Below, piece by piece: positions 55,476 to 64,000 of a stretch of 64,000 nt of DNA. Origin of the DNA: Syntrophorhabdaceae bacterium (GTDB lineage Bacteria; Desulfobacterota; Syntrophorhabdia; Syntrophorhabdales; Syntrophorhabdaceae); assembly GCA_963665295.1 (NCBI GenBank), contig OY762209.1, forward strand, positions 2,656,001-2,720,000, read 5' to 3'. A program made the position numbers and the translations under genes. The notes beneath the pieces were generated by a model. That model saw nothing but the letters and a program-made list of their open reading frames with translations, had not been told where the DNA came from and searched no databases. The stretch's first letter is position 1. Every line of letters starts with the position of its first letter.

Positions 55476-56288
55476 GTGGTTGAATTGGAATTTTTTAAGA
55501 TGAGCGCAAGCGGGAACGATTTCATCGTCGTCGATAACAGGGATGGGAAGGTGAACGGGGGTTTCTCCGATGTCCCCGGACTTATCAGGAAGATATGCCG
55601 GAACCACCACTCCGTAGGCGCCGATGGCGTAATACTGATAGAGAATTCGGTGGAACACGATTTTCGCTGGTCCTTCTATAACGCCGACGGCTCGGAAGCG
55701 GAGATGTGCGGAAACGGCGGCCGTTGTGCCGCAAGGTTTGCCTACATGAACGGCATCGCCGGGCAGCAGATGGCTTTTGAGACTATTGCCGGGGTCATAA
55801 AGGCGGAAGTGAACGGGACACGGGTCAAATTGCAGCTTACCACCCCCGTTGACCTGAAGCTTGACTACCCCGTGGGACTCGAAGATAAGGAGATATTCCT
55901 GAGCAGCGTCAATACAGGAGTGCCCCATGCGGTTCTTCTCGTTGATGACGTGGATCATATGCCCGTGGAGGACCTGGGGCGGCGCGTCCGCCACCACAAG
56001 GCCTTTGGAGAGAAAGGCACCAACGTGGACTTCGTGGAGGTCATGGACAGGGAAAACATCAAGATCAGGACCTACGAACGAGGTGTCGAGGGAGAGACTT
56101 ATGCGTGCGGGACCGGCGCCGTGGCCGTGGGTGTAATACTCAAGCAGAAGGCGCTTGTGGAGAGTCCCGTAAACATTCGGACGAGGGGCGGAGAGATACT
56201 TAAAGTCTACCTTGACGGGGAAGTCTATCTCGAAGGGGACGCCAAACTGATATACATAGGCAGGCTACAGGAAGAAGCACTTTTATAG
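55476..56288 (+). CDS. dapF: Diaminopimelate epimerase
   Basis: GNDF, EMCGNGGRC, ERGVEGETYACGTG. Confidence 0.97.
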   Translation: MVELEFFKMSASGNDFIVVDNRDGKVNGGFSDVPGLIRKICRNHHSVGADGVILIENSVEHDFRWSFYNADGSEAEMCGNGGRCAARFAYMNGIAGQQMAFETIAGVIKAEVNGTRVKLQLTTPVDLKLDYPVGLEDKEIFLSSVNTGVPHAVLLVDDVDHMPVEDLGRRVRHHKAFGEKGTNVDFVEVMDRENIKIRTYERGVEGETYACGTGAVAVGVILKQKALVESPVNIRTRGGEILKVYLDGEVYLEGDAKLIYIGRLQEEALL

Positions 56289-56300
56289 AAAGGAGACGTC

Positions 56301-57188
56301 ATGGACTTAAGAGGCATTTACACGGCTTTGGTGACCCCCTTTGCCGGGTACAAAGTGGACGAAGAGGCCCTGAAGAGGCTTATAGAATTTCAACTGGAAA
56401 ACGGTATCAACGGCATCGTGGCCTGCGGGTCCACGGGCGAGGCAGCCACCCTTTCCTACGAGGAGCACGCGAGGGTGATCGAGCTTTCCATCAAGTACGT
56501 GAACGGCGCGGTGCCTGTGATCGCGGGGACCGGGTCGAACAGTACCACGGAAACGGTCGAACTGACGCAGAGCGCCAGGAAACTCGGCGCAGACGGTTGC
56601 CTCCTTACGACGCCCTACTACAACAAACCCACTCAGGAAGGCCTCTACAGGCATTACAAGAAAGTGGCCGAAGAAGTCGATATTCCTATCATCCTCTATA
56701 ACATCCCCGGGAGGACAGGGATTAATATGTCGCCCGAGACCATTGCAAGGATTGCGCAGATCCCGAATGTAGTGGGCATAAAAGAGGCATCCGGATCGGT
56801 TCTCCAGGTCGCCGAGATATTCAGACTGACAAAGGGGACCTTTACCATCGTCTCCGGAGACGACAACCTATTTCTCCCCATGATGAGCGTGGGCGCGGTG
56901 GGCGTCATATCGGTGATTTCAAACCTTATGCCCCGGGCATTGAAGGAGCTTTACAAGACGTTCCTGGAAGAGAAGGATGTGGAGAAGGCAAGGGACCTCA
57001 ACGTGGGTCTTCTGCCGATCATGCAGGCCATGTTCGTGGAAACGAACCCCATCCCGGTAAAGGAGGCCCTCTACCATATGGGTCTCGTGGAGAAAGAGTT
57101 CAGACTTCCCCTATGCCCGCTCTCTGAGGGGAATAGCGCCTTCCTCAAGGGTATCCTCAAAGAATACGGGCTGCTGAGGAGGGAGTAA
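56301..57188 (+). CDS. dapA: 4-hydroxy-tetrahydrodipicolinate synthase
   Basis: GSTGE, PYYNKP, YNIPGRT, IKEASG, TNPIPVK. Confidence 0.97.
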   Translation: MDLRGIYTALVTPFAGYKVDEEALKRLIEFQLENGINGIVACGSTGEAATLSYEEHARVIELSIKYVNGAVPVIAGTGSNSTTETVELTQSARKLGADGCLLTTPYYNKPTQEGLYRHYKKVAEEVDIPIILYNIPGRTGINMSPETIARIAQIPNVVGIKEASGSVLQVAEIFRLTKGTFTIVSGDDNLFLPMMSVGAVGVISVISNLMPRALKELYKTFLEEKDVEKARDLNVGLLPIMQAMFVETNPIPVKEALYHMGLVEKEFRLPLCPLSEGNSAFLKGILKEYGLLRRE

Positions 57189-57976
57189 TGGTCAGGATTA
57201 TCATAACCGGCGTTGCAGGCAAGGTGGGCAGCGCCATACTGAGGCTGGCCCTTGACGACGAAGGGGTAGCGGTGACAGGCGCGCTGGAAATGAAGAGCCA
57301 CCCCCTCATCGGCAAGAACCTTGATATGGCAGGTGCTTCATCGATCCGGGTCGAGGACGACCTGTCCCGCATTATAGACGGTTGCGACGCAGTGATCGAT
57401 TTCACCGACCCTAAGGCGTCCCTCGAACATTTCCGGATAGCCGCCGCGAGGAAAAAGGCGATAATCATAGGCACCACCGGTTTTTCCGAAGAGGCCCTTA
57501 ACGAGATAAAGACAACCCCCGGGGTCCGGGTGGTTATTTCTCCCAATATGAGCGTGGGCATGAACCTCATGTTCGACGTGGTGGAAAGGCTTTCACGCAT
57601 ACTCAAGGAAGGCTACGACATAGAGATCGTGGAGATGCACCACCGGTTGAAAAAGGACGCTCCCAGCGGTACCGCCGTCAAACTGATGGAAGTTGCCGAG
57701 GCGGCGCAGCCCGACAGGGATTGGATTGAAATCTTCGGAAGAAAGGGCATTATCGGAGAGAGAAAACCCGATGAAATAGGGGTCCTTGCCCTAAGGGGCG
57801 GCGACGTGGTGGGCGAGCACACGGTAATGTTCGCCGGTCCCGGCGAACGTCTTGAAGTGACCCATAGGGCTTACTCTCGGGAGAACTTTGCAAGAGGAGC
57901 CATTGTGGCCGCCAAGTGGATTGCCGGCAAAGGTGAAGGCATTTACTCCATGAAGGATGTGCTGGGCCTGACATAG
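57188..57976 (+). CDS. dapB: 4-hydroxy-tetrahydrodipicolinate reductase
   Basis: IDFT, GTTG, EMHHRLKKDAPSGTA. Confidence 0.97.
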   Translation: MVRIIITGVAGKVGSAILRLALDDEGVAVTGALEMKSHPLIGKNLDMAGASSIRVEDDLSRIIDGCDAVIDFTDPKASLEHFRIAAARKKAIIIGTTGFSEEALNEIKTTPGVRVVISPNMSVGMNLMFDVVERLSRILKEGYDIEIVEMHHRLKKDAPSGTAVKLMEVAEAAQPDRDWIEIFGRKGIIGERKPDEIGVLALRGGDVVGEHTVMFAGPGERLEVTHRAYSRENFARGAIVAAKWIAGKGEGIYSMKDVLGLT

Positions 57977-58317
57977 CGTGCGCCGGTCAGGGCCGGCATT
58001 GTCTTCCCCGGCCGATGTCCGTTCCTCGATTCTGACCTTCGGATGCACCCCTTGTGCATACAGGGACAACATAATTATCGTTTTTCTCCATTCCCCTGTC
58101 TTTACGGCCCATCGCCCCCGGGATGCCTCCTGTTGCCGGAAGGGGCCCTCCGCCATGAAAGTGAACAATGTACCGCACATAGGGACTTTCCTGGCGTCAG
58201 GGAAGGCGGATTGCGGGAGCGCTTGTTAAATATTTCTCTTGCAATTGACCCCGATAACTGTTACATAACATACGAATGCAAAAAAGAATTAAATGATTTT
58301 ACAGACAGGTGTCGAAA

Positions 58318-58959
58318 ATGGCTAAATATTCCAAAATTCCGGAAGCAACAATACGAAGGCTGTCGAGCTATCTGAAATGTCTCGAAGACCTCGAAACCAA
58401 GAACGAAAAGGTCGCGTCAAGCGCCCTTTTGGCAAATATGTGCAACGTAAATGCGGCCCAGGTAAGGAAGGATTTTGCCTACTTCGGCGAGTTCGGTGTA
58501 CGGGGCATGGGTTACAATGTCAAGGAATTGAAGTTCAATATCAAAGAAATCCTGGGCATCAACAGGGAGTGGAAGATAGGCGTGGTCGGCATCGGCAACA
58601 TGGGCAGCGCCCTTCTGGTGTACAAGGACTTCCTGAAACAGAACTATAAGATCGTAGCGGCCTTTGATATCGATCCCGCGAAAGTGATCGGACATATTTC
58701 GGAAAAGATGGGAAGGCCGGTGGAGATCCTTCATGTGGACATACTAAAAGAGGTGGTAAAGGCACGGGGCGTAGAGATAGGGATAATTACCACACCTCCC
58801 AGCGAGGCCCAGAAAGTTGCAAACCTGCTTGTAGACGCCAACGTGAAGGGTATTCTTAATTTCTCACCTTCCCCTGTGACTGTCCCCAAGCATGTGAAGC
58901 TGAGGAACCTTTTCTTTACGTCAGCCCTTGACAACCTGGTATACTACCTTTCGAACTGA
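58318..58959 (+). CDS. rex: Redox-sensing repressor Rex
   Basis: IPEATIRRL, QVRKDFAYFGEFG.RG.GY, GIGNMG, ILNF. Confidence 0.95.
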   Translation: MAKYSKIPEATIRRLSSYLKCLEDLETKNEKVASSALLANMCNVNAAQVRKDFAYFGEFGVRGMGYNVKELKFNIKEILGINREWKIGVVGIGNMGSALLVYKDFLKQNYKIVAAFDIDPAKVIGHISEKMGRPVEILHVDILKEVVKARGVEIGIITTPPSEAQKVANLLVDANVKGILNFSPSPVTVPKHVKLRNLFFTSALDNLVYYLSN

Positions 58960-58968
58960 GGTTGGTTG

Positions 58969-59178
58969 ATGAGTAAAATGCTGGGCACCATCATTGAGAT
59001 GTTCGTATATTCGGCCATCTTCATGATTATCGTCCTCGTCTCGGTGAAGATAGTCGGTTCGGTATTTTCAACCGATTTCGAGAAGAAGATCGCCGAAGAG
59101 GGCAATGTGGGACTCGCCATTGTCTGCGGCTCCATGTTTATAGGCCTTGCCCTTCTCCTCTCATCCATCGCGAGATAA
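58969..59178 (+). CDS. Small membrane protein (DUF350-like)
   Basis: Two TM segments flanking IAEEGNVGLAI. Confidence 0.7.
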   Translation: MSKMLGTIIEMFVYSAIFMIIVLVSVKIVGSVFSTDFEKKIAEEGNVGLAIVCGSMFIGLALLLSSIAR

Positions 59179-59239
59179 TGGGTATGATCTATCGATCGCC
59201 CACGGTGTGCCGGACTTGCAGCCTTAGGTTGAGGATCGC

Positions 59240-59974
59240 ATGAAAAGAGCCTTTTTTGTAACGGGAACGGATACGGGCGTGGGAAAGACCCTCGCCGCGG
59301 TAAGTCTGGCCGCATACTTCAAACATAAAATGGGACTCAACGTGGGCGTAATGAAGCCCTTTGAAACGGGCCTGCCCGTGGACCGGACCGAGTTGTTCCC
59401 CTGCGACGCAAAATCCCTCAAGGACATGTCAGGCACAAGCGACGACCTTGCCGTGATCAATCCATGTTCTTTCAGATTGCCCCTTTCGCCCGAAGCCGCG
59501 GCTTCCGTGGAAAGGAAAATAATAGACCTTGCGGTGGTGGAGCGGACCTACGAGAAGATCGTCGAAAGCCATGACATTACCATCGTCGAGGGAGCGGGCG
59601 GGGTCCTCGTCCCTATAAAGGAGGATTTTTTCTTCTCCGACCTCATAAAAAGATGGGCTTTGCCTGCTCTTGTCGTTTCACGGCTCGGTCTCGGCACAAT
59701 CAACCATACGCTTCTCACCTGCCGGTTTCTTCAATCCCAGGGGATCAAGGTGATTGGCGTAATCCTTAACGATACGGACGGATCGGGCGATACCGCCGCG
59801 AAAACAAACCCGGATGTGTTGAGGAAGTATCTGACAGTGCCGGTCCTCGGCGTTCTTCCTTACCTTACGGAGAAAGAACGGGAAAGCCTCGACGCGGGGC
59901 GACTCGCCGACATGCTCGCCGCCCACGTCAAGGTGGGAATTATTTACGACGAAGCAGTTCTCCAATCTCCTTGA
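59240..59974 (+). CDS. bioD: Dethiobiotin synthase
   Basis: TGTDTGVGKT, KPFETG, VEGAGG, LGTINH. Confidence 0.95.
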   Translation: MKRAFFVTGTDTGVGKTLAAVSLAAYFKHKMGLNVGVMKPFETGLPVDRTELFPCDAKSLKDMSGTSDDLAVINPCSFRLPLSPEAAASVERKIIDLAVVERTYEKIVESHDITIVEGAGGVLVPIKEDFFFSDLIKRWALPALVVSRLGLGTINHTLLTCRFLQSQGIKVIGVILNDTDGSGDTAAKTNPDVLRKYLTVPVLGVLPYLTEKERESLDAGRLADMLAAHVKVGIIYDEAVLQSP

Positions 59975-61124
59975 AATACTTCCGCGACCCTTCGATTATC
60001 TCCATGTCCACGCAGTAGGCCAGCCTGAAGTAGCCTCCCTTGCCGAAGCCGATGCCGGGCACGCCGAGGACGTGGTGTTTCTGCATGGTCCTTACGAATT
60101 TGATGTCATCGGGAATGGGCGATTTGGGGAAGATGTAGAAGGCCCCCAGAGGTTTTGTGACCTCGAAGCCCGAACTTACGAGGATGTCGTAAATGGTGTC
60201 CCTCTTCTTCTGGTAGTCCATGATGTCCACGCTGTTTTTCTGAAATTTTCCCACGAGGCGCTGCATTATGGCGGGGGCATTGATGAACCCGAGGATCCTG
60301 TTTGCGAATATGGCCGCATCGATGAAAGTCTTCACATTCTTGAGATGCGGCGATATGGCGATATAACCGATCCTCTCACCCGGGAGGGCGAGGTCCTTTG
60401 AATGGGACGTGACGGTGATGGTGTCGTCATAGAGTTTGAAGAAGTCGGGAAAGGGCGTATTGTCGTATATGATCTTTCTGTAAGCCTCATCGGAAATGAC
60501 GAAAATCCTTTGTCCCTTTTTCCGTTTCTCCTTGAGCAGGGCGGCAAGCTTCTTCAATTCGTCCTCGGTGTATACGACACCTGTGGGATTGTGAGGGGAG
60601 TTTACTATGATCGCCTTGGTTTTTTCCGTGATCGCTTCGTTTATTTTGTCGATGTCGAGGTGAAAATCGTCGCGCGTATCCACGAGTTTTATGACGCCGC
60701 CATGATTCCCTATATAGAACCTGAACTCCACGAAGTAGGGACAGGGTACGATCACTTCGTCCCCCGGGTCGAGGAGGGCCTTGCATGCTACATTGATGCC
60801 TCCCGCCGCGCCCACAGTCATGATGATGTGGCTGCTTGTAAAATCGAGGCCGGTTCGTTCGCGATGGAACTCCGCGATCTCCGCCCTCACCTCTTCATAC
60901 CCGCTGTTCGTCATATACCGGTGCACGCCTTTGATATCCGCTGCGCAAATCTTCGCAAGTTCGTCCTTGAGGGCCTGAGGGGGTTCCGCAATGGGATTTC
61001 CAAGGGTAAAATCAAAGATATTCTCCGGACCAAACTCTCTCTTCAGTCTCTCACTCTCTTCAAACATTGCCCTGATCCAGGAAGAACTTTTCATCGACTC
61101 AGCGATGCTCTTTGATATAGCCAT
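59940..61124 (-). CDS. Class I/II PLP aminotransferase (paralog 2)
   Basis: SSWIRAMFE, NSPHNPTG, SDEAY, SHSKDLALPGERIG. Confidence 0.92.
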   Translation of the reverse strand: MAISKSIAESMKSSSWIRAMFEESERLKREFGPENIFDFTLGNPIAEPPQALKDELAKICAADIKGVHRYMTNSGYEEVRAEIAEFHRERTGLDFTSSHIIMTVGAAGGINVACKALLDPGDEVIVPCPYFVEFRFYIGNHGGVIKLVDTRDDFHLDIDKINEAITEKTKAIIVNSPHNPTGVVYTEDELKKLAALLKEKRKKGQRIFVISDEAYRKIIYDNTPFPDFFKLYDDTITVTSHSKDLALPGERIGYIAISPHLKNVKTFIDAAIFANRILGFINAPAIMQRLVGKFQKNSVDIMDYQKKRDTIYDILVSSGFEVTKPLGAFYIFPKSPIPDDIKFVRTMQKHHVLGVPGIGFGKGGYFRLAYCVDMEIIEGSRKYFKEIGELLRRK

Positions 61125-61127
61125 ATT

Positions 61128-62321
61128 TCACCCCTTTTTTATATATCGTTTCCCCATACGGATGAAGCCGTCGAGGGAAGCGAGTATTTTCTCCAGCGGC
61201 ACACAGTAAGCGATTCTGAAATAACCTTTTCTCCCGAATCCCCTGCCGGGCACTACCATTATTCTTTCTTCCTGCTGTAGTGCCTTCACGAAGTCCAGTT
61301 CATCCGGTACGGGTGACCTGGGGAACATGTAAAAGGCGCCGGTGGGTTTCACGCATTCGAACCCCGCCTCTATGAGAGTATTGTAAAGGACATCCCGCTT
61401 CTTCTCGTAATCGGAAATGCTCACTGAAGTCTTCTGAAATCTCCCCACGATCCTTTGGAAAAGGGCGGAGGCATTCACGAACCCGAGGGTCCTGATGGTA
61501 ATCGTCAGGGCGGACACTAAAAGCTGGTACTCCTCGATACGGGGTGAGATGGCGATGTATCCGATCCTTTCGCCCGCGAGGGCCAGGTCCTTGGAATGGG
61601 ACGTGACGGCGAGCACGAGATCATACATATCGAAGATATTGGGAAGGCGGGTGCCGTCATACACAAGCTTCCTGTATGCGTCATCACTCACGATGAAAAT
61701 ATCCTGGCCTTGTTCCCTTTTTTCATTCAAGAGTCTGGACAGTTCCCGCAGGCTTTCCTCATTGTAGACGGCCCCGGTGGGATTGTTTGGGCTGTTGATC
61801 AGCACTACCCTGGTTTTCGGGGTTATGGCGCTTTCAATGCGCCCCACGTCGAGTTGAAAGTCTTCGCCGGTTTCCACAAACCGGGAAACGCCCCCGCAGT
61901 TCTTTACATAATTCTTGAATTCCCAGAAGAAAGGACTCGGTATGATCACCTCGTCACCTCTATTGAGAATGCTCTTGAAGATCATATTGAGGCCGCCCGC
62001 GCACCCTGCGGTCATAAAAACATGGGAGGCGGTGAAAGGGAGACCGCGCTCTTCAGCAAGGTAATCGGCTATCTCGCCACGCACTTCCTCGTACCCGTTA
62101 TTGGACATATATCTGTGCATCCCTGGTGTGGGATCGGCAACTGCGTCGACAAGGGCCCTGTTCAATGCCTCCGGGGGTTCGGTATCGGGGTTCCCGAGAG
62201 AAAAATCATAGACGCTGTCTTCCCCGTAGAGTTTCTTTATCTTGATGCCTTCCTCGAACATCCTTCTTGTCCAGCCTTCCTGGTCCTTGATCAGCCTCTG
62301 AATTTCCTTGGATACAATCAT
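61128..62321 (-). CDS. Class I/II PLP aminotransferase (paralog 1)
   Basis: GAGGAGG RBS, NSPNNPTG, SDDAY, SHSKDLALAGERIG. Confidence 0.92.
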   Translation of the reverse strand: MIVSKEIQRLIKDQEGWTRRMFEEGIKIKKLYGEDSVYDFSLGNPDTEPPEALNRALVDAVADPTPGMHRYMSNNGYEEVRGEIADYLAEERGLPFTASHVFMTAGCAGGLNMIFKSILNRGDEVIIPSPFFWEFKNYVKNCGGVSRFVETGEDFQLDVGRIESAITPKTRVVLINSPNNPTGAVYNEESLRELSRLLNEKREQGQDIFIVSDDAYRKLVYDGTRLPNIFDMYDLVLAVTSHSKDLALAGERIGYIAISPRIEEYQLLVSALTITIRTLGFVNASALFQRIVGRFQKTSVSISDYEKKRDVLYNTLIEAGFECVKPTGAFYMFPRSPVPDELDFVKALQQEERIMVVPGRGFGRKGYFRIAYCVPLEKILASLDGFIRMGKRYIKKG

Positions 62322-62342
62322 TAGTCCTCCTCGGGTACCAAT

Positions 62343-62416
62343 AAAAAAGCCATGGCTCGCTGCCATGGCTCGAAGACGAAAAAAAAGCCATGGGCCTTTT
62401 GCACCCATGGCTTTTT
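62343..62416 (-). terminator. Two tandem leader terminators (attenuator)
   Basis: AGCCATGGG-TGCAAAAGG-CCCATGGCT with T8 tail, and AGCCATGGC-AGCGA-GCCATGGCT with T6 tail. Confidence 0.8.
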
Positions 62417-62423
62417 GCTTATC

Positions 62424-62498
62424 TCAAAGCAAAAAAATGCCGGGGTGCAAGTTCCTAAAGTAGTAGTAAAAACCAAACACCGCCGTTTTCCGTTCCAT
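62424..62498 (-). CDS. Phe/Tyr-rich leader peptide MERKTAVFGFYYYFRNLHPGIFLL
   Basis: Run of aromatic codons between the promoter and the terminator. Confidence 0.75.
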   Translation of the reverse strand: MERKTAVFGFYYYFRNLHPGIFLL

Positions 62499-62505
62499 AG
62501 GTAAA

Positions 62506-62534
62506 ATTTTACTGGAAAACCAGCCGCCTGTCAA
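62506..62534 (-). promoter_or_regulatory. Sigma70 promoter
   Basis: TTGACA-N17-TAAAAT. Confidence 0.8.
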
Positions 62535-62685
62535 GGGAAAAGGGAACCGACGAAACCGGCACAAAACCGGAATATTACATTTGACGTAGCCACAAAGGAA
62601 CGTGTAGAATGAAATATTCATTACATACAGAACTGGATGACAGTTTTATAATACATATTGCCGGTGGTTTAGGGGGGGTGATGCC

Positions 62686-64000
62686 GTGAGCGAAGATTCT
62701 CAGTACCTTCTCAAGAACGTCATAGAACAGACCAGGCAGTCAGATTATCCATCGCTCAAACAGGATAAATATTTTGAATTATTTTCGGCCCAACAAGTCC
62801 TGAAAAAATGCCGCTTTAATCCCGATTCTCCGGAAATAGAATCAGGGAATATTGGTGGGGATGGAGATGGCGGTGTTGATGGGTTCTATCTCTTTGTTAA
62901 TAGGAAATTCGTTCGCGAAGATACGGACCCGTCGATATTCAAAGATCAACAGATAAGCGTGGAGATAGTCATTGTTCAAGCAAAGAACACTGCATCTTTT
63001 GAAGAAGCAGTTCCAACAAAACTTAAAGATTTCACTGAACATTGCCTTCGCTTAAATGCGGACATAGAGGAAGCTCAGCGGTCATTACTCTACAACGATA
63101 GCCTGCTCACGCTCGTCAAGAAATTCCATGACATCTACAGGCCAGCGATATCTTTGCGGCCAAAACTAAGCATACGATTCTTTCATGTAAGCCTTGCGGA
63201 CACCGTTGATCAAAAGGTTAAAGCGCGAGCAGATTTGCTAATACAAAAGGCGAAGGAATATTTTCCGGTTTCAGAGGTAGCTTATGAGTTCATCGGTGGT
63301 AGTCTCTTGCTCAGTCTATATCATCAGCAACCGGAGAGAAGGTTATCTTTACCCACATCAAGGTATTTTGATTGGCCGTCATTCGGCAAAACGGCCTATT
63401 TGTGTGTCGTCAAGCTACCGGACTACTATGGCTTTATAGCTGAAGAGGGTTCCATCCGAGAATATATGTTTGAGGCTAATGTCAGAGATCATGCGCCAGA
63501 CGTCAAAGTAAATAAGGGAATTAGGGCCACGCTTACGGCACCGGAAAATGACGATTTTTGGTGGCTCAACAATGGAATTACCGTTCTAGCATCCGACGTT
63601 TCTTATAATGACGGGGCACTCGCAATTACAGACCCAATGATTGTCAATGGCTTACAGACGTCATATGAATTATTTAAGCATTTTTCAACTGGGGGCGCGT
63701 TGAATGATGGGCGTAGTCTTATGGTAAAAGTAATAAAGACTACCGAAGAAGAAACGTCTGACCGCATTATAAGGGCCACAAACAGTCAAACAAAGATAGA
63801 ATCTATAAACCTTCACGCCACTGAAGAAATTCACAGAAAAATTGAAACCGCATTAAAGACAGTTGATCTATTCTATGACAGAAGGAAGAATTTTTATCGA
63901 AACAAAGGCATTGCAGCCACCAAGATAATAACGATTGGATATATGGCTCAGGCCGTTGCAGCCATTGCATTGCAGCAGCCAGACCATGCTCGCGCTCGCC
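62686..64000 (+). CDS. AIPR-family protein (3'-partial; absent from the ORF track)
   Basis: GTG start; DGGVDG...IVQAK, FEANVRD, FWWLNNGIT, IVNGLQT, ATNSQT; visibly AT-richer than its neighbours. Confidence 0.85.
   Translation, partial: MSEDSQYLLKNVIEQTRQSDYPSLKQDKYFELFSAQQVLKKCRFNPDSPEIESGNIGGDGDGGVDGFYLFVNRKFVREDTDPSIFKDQQISVEIVIVQAKNTASFEEAVPTKLKDFTEHCLRLNADIEEAQRSLLYNDSLLTLVKKFHDIYRPAISLRPKLSIRFFHVSLADTVDQKVKARADLLIQKAKEYFPVSEVAYEFIGGSLLLSLYHQQPERRLSLPTSRYFDWPSFGKTAYLCVVKLPDYYGFIAEEGSIREYMFEANVRDHAPDVKVNKGIRATLTAPENDDFWWLNNGITVLASDVSYNDGALAITDPMIVNGLQTSYELFKHFSTGGALNDGRSLMVKVIKTTEEETSDRIIRATNSQTKIESINLHATEEIHRKIETALKTVDLFYDRRKNFYRNKGIAATKIITIGYMAQAVAAIALQQPDHARAR

Noticed and set aside
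58200..58317. Rex operator upstream of rex
   Set aside because: No good match to TTGTGAA-N4-TTCACAA
61128..62408. 426-aa version of the aminotransferase ORF
   Set aside because: The extension runs through the terminator hairpins; the RBS supports ATG 62321

Overview
GC-rich anaerobe, probably Desulfobacterota / delta-proteobacterial. This is inferred from the tetraheme cytochrome c3, MvhD, TusE/DsrC, Rex and Mop-type aldehyde oxidoreductase genes. The window has four parts. (1) 1-10.8 kb: a tandem IS66 dimer, extra IS66 right ends and a 2183-aa SpvB/FG-GAP/RHS protein with a JAB-like C-terminus and its downstream partner gene. An inverted orphan copy of the 'toxin tail + partner' module sits between IS66 ends. 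(2) 11-28 kb: stress and ion-homeostasis genes, namely two two-component systems with DegP or Spy/CpxP, arsR-acr3, modABC with a ModE box, and divergent Na+/H+ antiporters, each behind a candidate alkali-cation riboswitch. (3) 28.9-43.9 kb: a xanthine-oxidase-family molybdenum-hydroxylase cluster. It includes one non-canonical large subunit, an HcrB-type FAD/4Fe-4S subunit, two cysteine-desulfurase-like genes, and MoaD-like and TusE sulfur carriers. Upstream is a small ORF with an in-frame UGA and a SECIS-like hairpin. The block ends at a probable recombinase remnant abutting tRNA-Asn. (4) 44-64 kb: mostly core genes (HDAC, IHF/HU, purQ, cytochrome c3 with system II maturation, maf, yggS, argH, lysA-dapF-dapA-dapB, rex, bioD). 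Two tandem aminotransferases follow, behind an apparently leaderless Phe/Tyr-rich attenuator peptide, and the window ends in a partial AIPR gene. All assignments come from reading motifs by eye; no searches were run.
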